Below, piece by piece: positions 61,001 to 64,000 of a stretch of 64,000 nt of DNA. The translations under genes were made by a program, and so were the position numbers. The notes below the pieces were generated by a model that ran no database searches, was not told the origin of the DNA, and saw only the letters and a program-made list of their open reading frames with translations. The stretch is from Deltaproteobacteria bacterium (lineage in GTDB: Bacteria; Myxococcota_A; UBA9160; SMWR01), in contig JAFDDG010000007.1 in assembly GCA_019310965.1 (NCBI GenBank), positions 62,240 through 126,239 on the forward strand, in the 5' to 3' direction. Each line of letters opens with the position of its first letter. The first letter of the stretch is position 1.

Positions 61001-61727
61001 CGATGTCGACGGCGGCGATGTCCGGCTTTCTCCGCCAGAAGGGCGTGACGTCCGGCGGATCCAGCTCGGACAGATCCGATCCGGCGCGCACCAGATCGAC
61101 CAGCTCCTCGCGGGTGTAGAAGCTGCCGTCCGCGGGATTCACCAGGTTGCCGGCCTCCGCCTCGACGCCACTCGCGCGCGTCCGGTCCGGCAGACTCCAC
61201 TGGTCGAGCATGTTCATCAGGTGGACCGGAATCTTGACGCTGCCGATCGGGTCCGTGTACGACCGCGTGGCGAACTCGATCATCAGGAGGGTGGCGGCCG
61301 CCTCGTACGCAGCCACGACGTCGGCTTCCCGCTCGAGCCGGTCGAGCTGGTCGAGCGCCACTCGCAGCGCCAAGGCCCAGTCGGTCTTGCGCGCCGCCTT
61401 ATCCGCCTTCTTGCGGCTGCGGCCGCGTTCGATCCGGTCCGCGGTCGAGACATGTGCCAGCAGGAAGCGGCGCTTCTTCTCCAGATGCTCGCGGTAACGC
61501 GCCACCTTCTCCGGCGAGACCCGGGTTTCCGTGGGCCAGCTGCCCGGATCCGGCTCGAAGAAGGTGGCCTCGATCTGCTCGCGAAACTCGCCGACGTAGG
61601 GGATCGGCGTCCCCGCGAGCGCCTCCCGGGCCCCGAACCCACTCAGCAACAGCTCGAAACACAGCAACAGGCCCAGCAGGCGAGGCTTGCCCGCCGCGCG
61701 TGCGAGGTCCGTGCGCTGCGGGAGCAT
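58095..61727 (-). CDS. Large secreted hypothetical protein (1210 aa) with a protein-kinase-like motif set
   Basis: The ATG at 61727 gives MLPQRTDLARAAGKPRLLGLLLCFELLLSGFGAREALAG (signal peptide). Internal motifs RLKLKFGMEVH, FNVWIANADMKNEEN and QQDLGHSFG are present. The track ORF 58095-63983 is extended 5' through the antisense of DUF4956 and CotH-2. Confidence 0.7.
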   Translation of the reverse strand: MLPQRTDLARAAGKPRLLGLLLCFELLLSGFGAREALAGTPIPYVGEFREQIEATFFEPDPGSWPTETRVSPEKVARYREHLEKKRRFLLAHVSTADRIERGRSRKKADKAARKTDWALALRVALDQLDRLEREADVVAAYEAAATLLMIEFATRSYTDPIGSVKIPVHLMNMLDQWSLPDRTRASGVEAEAGNLVNPADGSFYTREELVDLVRAGSDLSELDPPDVTPFWRRKPDIAAVDIVSNYLEGGDPVHEGLVAEFPPFEGAVFELDKLRLTQSKPKLDAFYDDPGCLAAAQAKPKACRQRLKLKFGMEVHADPPANALLAALGFNVDVSMPLRNVRVYLGKLSMREIEQQWAGYFDRQRMHIYYPLHTVLAPGDAGRGRDERGEYLVFLEAVAEVKAPAIERIGYFSFRHGMASNAREARALGIFNVWIANADMKNEENNKLSLRQDAHGNWQMYLVQQDLGHSFGYVLPEKPDAYPWEVVDSDPFSRLMGKLRGRIELTYVDLQSSALQHSTTYADAKWMVRLIAQLTKEQIDTAVRLGSWPDSVAQLIVEKLANRRNDMVRAFGLEREFSPLPVERRLTTADGAVVDGDLVQSRWQGSNMRYGEHWVDLFAPVGRYLLDVGIAAVQMGAGAVDRIDPGRIRLGARAVISPEILIELDRRVTLNPAPTARFDQYIVRDTLGIGANVAAGYFASVEGAWARRFVMAYPVATRHEGLLGGNRVLSLLLPVDVRRGDLPDKYVLMREDVFAAGGRVSSDDSGTLFDVLGGTVSLNRVVRHRSVVDLLGEVPLVWVDRPEYWRVLVRGFLKPAVVEIPFAWGEIARGDLSGFAWHLDPARLDVIGADGTPVIERLVRYDDPSELVSIQLRDPTRVSSSFASRDLHWSLLFVGASRRARDETIVHATLAGDTLRVELQAQRQHSSHWRFLDNGEVQALEVTGYNKASQLAEMRRDGATVVSKYHVEDLNAHSDEFDGYYDFLAGLGALDAAVARDFDAADWEVSGKPSGRWQRLVTRASVHYRAEALERLLALSEAEFWSLLSQELGVSVRRVRRLVDEVRRRDRRLGRRGIRFARGRERAAILRSLEVFQLLASAREAPDESARLRGLVRAIERANFRTGHTFDASVVAALHRGIGFDALVDEDTVFIRGSIGRTFDSANNLPEGRTVVGERGDPSDLREENYRFFPLTGVDFYNMLGWMRSDAAVN

Positions 61728-61895
61728 GCCGGCCACCTCCTCCTGCTCTCCATCATCAGATCCCGGCTGGAACACCGGACCGAGGCGGCTCGCCGTGCGC
61801 CCCCGGGCCATCCGGAATCCCGGGCCTGAGCATACGGCACCCGGTATCATCTTCGCCCGATTCGATACCACCGCAATCGGAGGGGGGCAGTCTCG

Positions 61896-62579
61896 TTGGA
61901 AGAACTTCTGCAAGGGGTGCCGTCCGCTGCGCCGCTCTCCCTCTTCCCCCTGCTCCTGAACCTGGGCATCGGCCTCGTCCTGGCGCTGTTGTTGCGCTGG
62001 CACTTCGAGCGCTTCGGTTCGACGCTCTCGAATCGCTCGGAATTCGCCCAGGTGTTTCCCTTCATCCTGCTGACGACCATCCTGATCATCACCGTGGTGA
62101 AGTCCTCCCTGGCCCTGTCGCTCGGCCTCGTGGGCGCTCTCTCGATCGTGCGCTTCCGCACGCCGATCAAGGAGCCCGAAGAGCTCGCCTACCTCTTCAT
62201 GGCCATCGCCATGGGCCTGGGGCTGGGCGCAGCCCAGACGCTCGCCACCATCGTCGCGAGCAGCGTGATCATGGCGTTCGTCGCGTTGCTGCGCTGGCAA
62301 CGCGGCGGCGACGAGCGCAAGAACCTCTACCTGTCGATCGATTGGCCGGACGGGGGAGAGCGCGAGCAACGCCTCGAAGCGGTCAACGAGGTGCTCGAAC
62401 GACACACCGCCGTCACCGACCTGCGCAGAGTCGATTCGCGGGACGGCACACTCGAGATCACCTACTTCATCGACGTGCAGGAGAGCGCCGACATTTCGGC
62501 GTTGCTCGACGACCTCGGAACATCCTTTCCGGGCATGGGCGTCTCCTTCATCGACCAGAACCACCTGCCGAGCGTTTGA
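61896..62579 (+). CDS. DUF4956 domain membrane protein
   Basis: LSIVRFRTPIKEPEELAYLFMAIAMGLGLGA matches the remembered DUF4956 core. There are four hydrophobic helices and a soluble C-terminal domain. The TTG start is preceded by GGAGGGG. Confidence 0.75.
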   Translation: MEELLQGVPSAAPLSLFPLLLNLGIGLVLALLLRWHFERFGSTLSNRSEFAQVFPFILLTTILIITVVKSSLALSLGLVGALSIVRFRTPIKEPEELAYLFMAIAMGLGLGAAQTLATIVASSVIMAFVALLRWQRGGDERKNLYLSIDWPDGGEREQRLEAVNEVLERHTAVTDLRRVDSRDGTLEITYFIDVQESADISALLDDLGTSFPGMGVSFIDQNHLPSV

Positions 62580-64000
62580 TTGAGAATTCGCCCGCGCAAC
62601 GCAGCGCGTAAAACGGCCACGCGCGCTCGCGGCGCGCTCCGCAGCACCGCACTGCGAGTCGCTCTCGCCCTCGCCTGTACGGCTGGGATCGTCGCAGGTG
62701 CCGTCGCGGTGCTGGAAAGCGTGCGGCCGACCCTCGCGCACTCGGGTCTCGAGAGCCCACGAGAAGTCGCGAATGCGCTGCTCCACGCGCCGTGGCACTA
62801 CCTGCGGGCTCTGGCCCGGCCGGCGAACGTCGACGAGCTGCAGATCGACGTGCAATTCAAGTACATGCACCAGATCCACGAGCGGCGGGCAGAGGCGCTT
62901 CGCAGCGGCGTGCTGCAGGTGTCCGACGCCGATCTCGTCCCGGCTACGATCACCCACGCTGGACGCATCGTTCCCGTCGAACTCCGCCTGCGCGGTGAGC
63001 TCGGACCGGGCCTCGAGGGCGACAAGTGGCCGATGCGCATCGAGACCGCTGACAACGCCCATCTCTTCGGCATGCGCCGCTTCTCGCTGATGGACCCGAG
63101 GACGCGGGGCTTTCAGGCCGAACGCTTCCCTCTGGCTCAACTCCGCTCGCTCGATGTCGTAGCACCCCGAGCGTTCTTCGTGAAGGTCGTCCTCAACGGC
63201 AAGAACGTCGGCCTGATGCTGCTGGAGGAGCACATCGGCGAGGAGATGCTCGAGATGCAAGAGAGGCGCGAGGGCGTGATCCTGCGCTTCGACGAGAGGC
63301 CATACTGGGACAGCCTGGCCCGCACCGGCAGCCACGGAGCCTTCGACAACCCGCACACGGCGGAGCTGCTGGCCTTCCGTCGCGGCCGAATCAAGCGTTC
63401 GAAGCTGCTCCGACGACAGCGCGCGACGGCGCTCGGACTGCTGCGCGGGTTCCTGGACGGAGAGTTGCCCGCCCGGGAAGTGTTCGACTTGCCGCTGCTG
63501 GCGAACTATCTCGCCGTCGCGGAGCTGTGGCGCTCCGAGAGCGCGCTGCGCTGGAACCAGCTGCGTTTCTACCTCAACCCCATCACCAGCCGCCTCGAGC
63601 CGGTGGCCTCGCACTTCGACCTCCAGCTGCCGCACGCGGGTGCAGGGCTCGTCAGCTCGGATGCCCCGATCGCGAGCGCCATGCTGGCCGATGCGGAGCT
63701 GCGCCGGGCCTTCGTGTCCGCGGCGCAGAGCATCGGAAGCGACACGCTCGACGGCGATCTGATCGAACGCATGCACGAACTCGAGCGCGCCGACCTGGCG
63801 CTTCTGCATTCCGAGTACCCATGGCAGGCGCCGTTCGATTTCGACCGGGTCATTCGCCGCGCTCGCGCCCTGCACGCGCTCCGCGAGGAGGACGTCGCGC
63901 GTTTCGGCGCCACGGCCAACGCCAGCGAAGGAGCGGCATTTCCGCTGCGGGCGCGCGTTCGGAAGGACGACGCCGGCGCGCACACCCTCGAGCTGACCAA
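62580..64000 (+). CDS. Second CotH kinase-family protein, membrane-anchored, 3' end outside window (not in supplied ORF track)
   Basis: My own translation runs from TTG at 62580, immediately after the DUF4956 TGA and in the same frame. It reads (M)RIRPRNAARKTATRARGALRSTALRVALALACTAGIVAGAVAVLES...DKWPMRIETADNAHLFGMRRFSLMDPRTRGFQAERFPLAQLRSLDVVAPRAFFVKVVLNGKNVGLMLLEEHIGEEMLE...NYLAVAELWRSESALRWNQLRFYLNPITSRLEPVASHFD. The frame is open to nt 64000 with G/C-rich third positions. Confidence 0.75.
   Translation, partial: MRIRPRNAARKTATRARGALRSTALRVALALACTAGIVAGAVAVLESVRPTLAHSGLESPREVANALLHAPWHYLRALARPANVDELQIDVQFKYMHQIHERRAEALRSGVLQVSDADLVPATITHAGRIVPVELRLRGELGPGLEGDKWPMRIETADNAHLFGMRRFSLMDPRTRGFQAERFPLAQLRSLDVVAPRAFFVKVVLNGKNVGLMLLEEHIGEEMLEMQERREGVILRFDERPYWDSLARTGSHGAFDNPHTAELLAFRRGRIKRSKLLRRQRATALGLLRGFLDGELPAREVFDLPLLANYLAVAELWRSESALRWNQLRFYLNPITSRLEPVASHFDLQLPHAGAGLVSSDAPIASAMLADAELRRAFVSAAQSIGSDTLDGDLIERMHELERADLALLHSEYPWQAPFDFDRVIRRARALHALREEDVARFGATANASEGAAFPLRARVRKDDAGAHTLELT

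Noticed and set aside
55477-61829. 813-aa minus-strand ORF (55477-57918) and 958-aa plus-strand ORF (58953-61829)
   Set aside because: They are antisense shadows of CotH-1 and the 1210-aa secreted protein. The sequences are low in complexity and Arg/His/Gly-rich.
61728-63983. 5' 750 codons of the 1962-aa minus-strand ORF
   Set aside because: Upstream of the Met-plus-signal-peptide at 61727 the frame is antisense to DUF4956 and CotH-2 and looks non-protein-like. The true start is taken as 61727.

Overview
GC-rich bacterial chromosomal segment. Third codon positions are almost all G/C, so all six frames carry long Arg/Pro/Gly/Ala-rich shadow ORFs. I separated about 55 real genes from the shadows using family motifs visible in the translations, start-codon context and stop/start coupling. 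The content is Gram-negative in type (kdsA, a fused lptF-lptG, an LpoA-like lipoprotein). A Myxococcota or delta-proteobacterial origin is only a weak guess. No CRISPR array, transposase, integrase or rRNA was seen, and one tRNA-Phe is present.

Layout:
- 1-19.4 kb: a 16-gene co-directional minus-strand run. It holds hrcA-grpE-dnaK-dnaJ, an LpoA-like lipoprotein, lon, thiL, a chemosensory module (sensor-less MCP, cheW, cheY, cheA, cheC/X), larB-larC, an esterase and a 70-aa histone-fold protein. cheA is interrupted at an A7 tract.
- 19.4-31 kb: housekeeping and transport genes (hemW, M16 protease, ggt, cyclophilin, tRNA-Phe, CaCA antiporter, APC permease). These are followed by a small basic ORF overlapping a NYN/OST-HTH gene, then a methyltransferase/MarR divergent pair with a striking AT-rich operator.
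- 31-39.5 kb: a PHP-domain exported protein, acyl-CoA dehydrogenase, fused lptFG, a sugar-phosphate nucleotidyltransferase and kdsA.
- 39.7-44.9 kb: a compact phospholipid-type module. It holds a MobA-like NTP transferase, a metallophosphoesterase, a CDP-alcohol phosphatidyltransferase, a DAG-kinase-like lipid kinase and a Tam41/Mmp37-like nucleotidyltransferase.
- 45-51 kb: DUF192, SDR, CYTH, two MFS transporters and a membrane-anchored hydrolase.
- 51-64 kb: an envelope cluster with a polytopic membrane protein and an alkaline-phosphatase-superfamily lipoprotein. These are followed by two CotH kinase-family genes, DUF4956 and a 1210-aa secreted protein with a kinase-like motif set. The second CotH gene is absent from the supplied ORF track because it runs off the window end.

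The most interesting candidates for new biology are the CotH/DUF4956/secreted kinase-like cluster, the Tam41-containing lipid module, the bacterial histone-fold gene and the split cheA.
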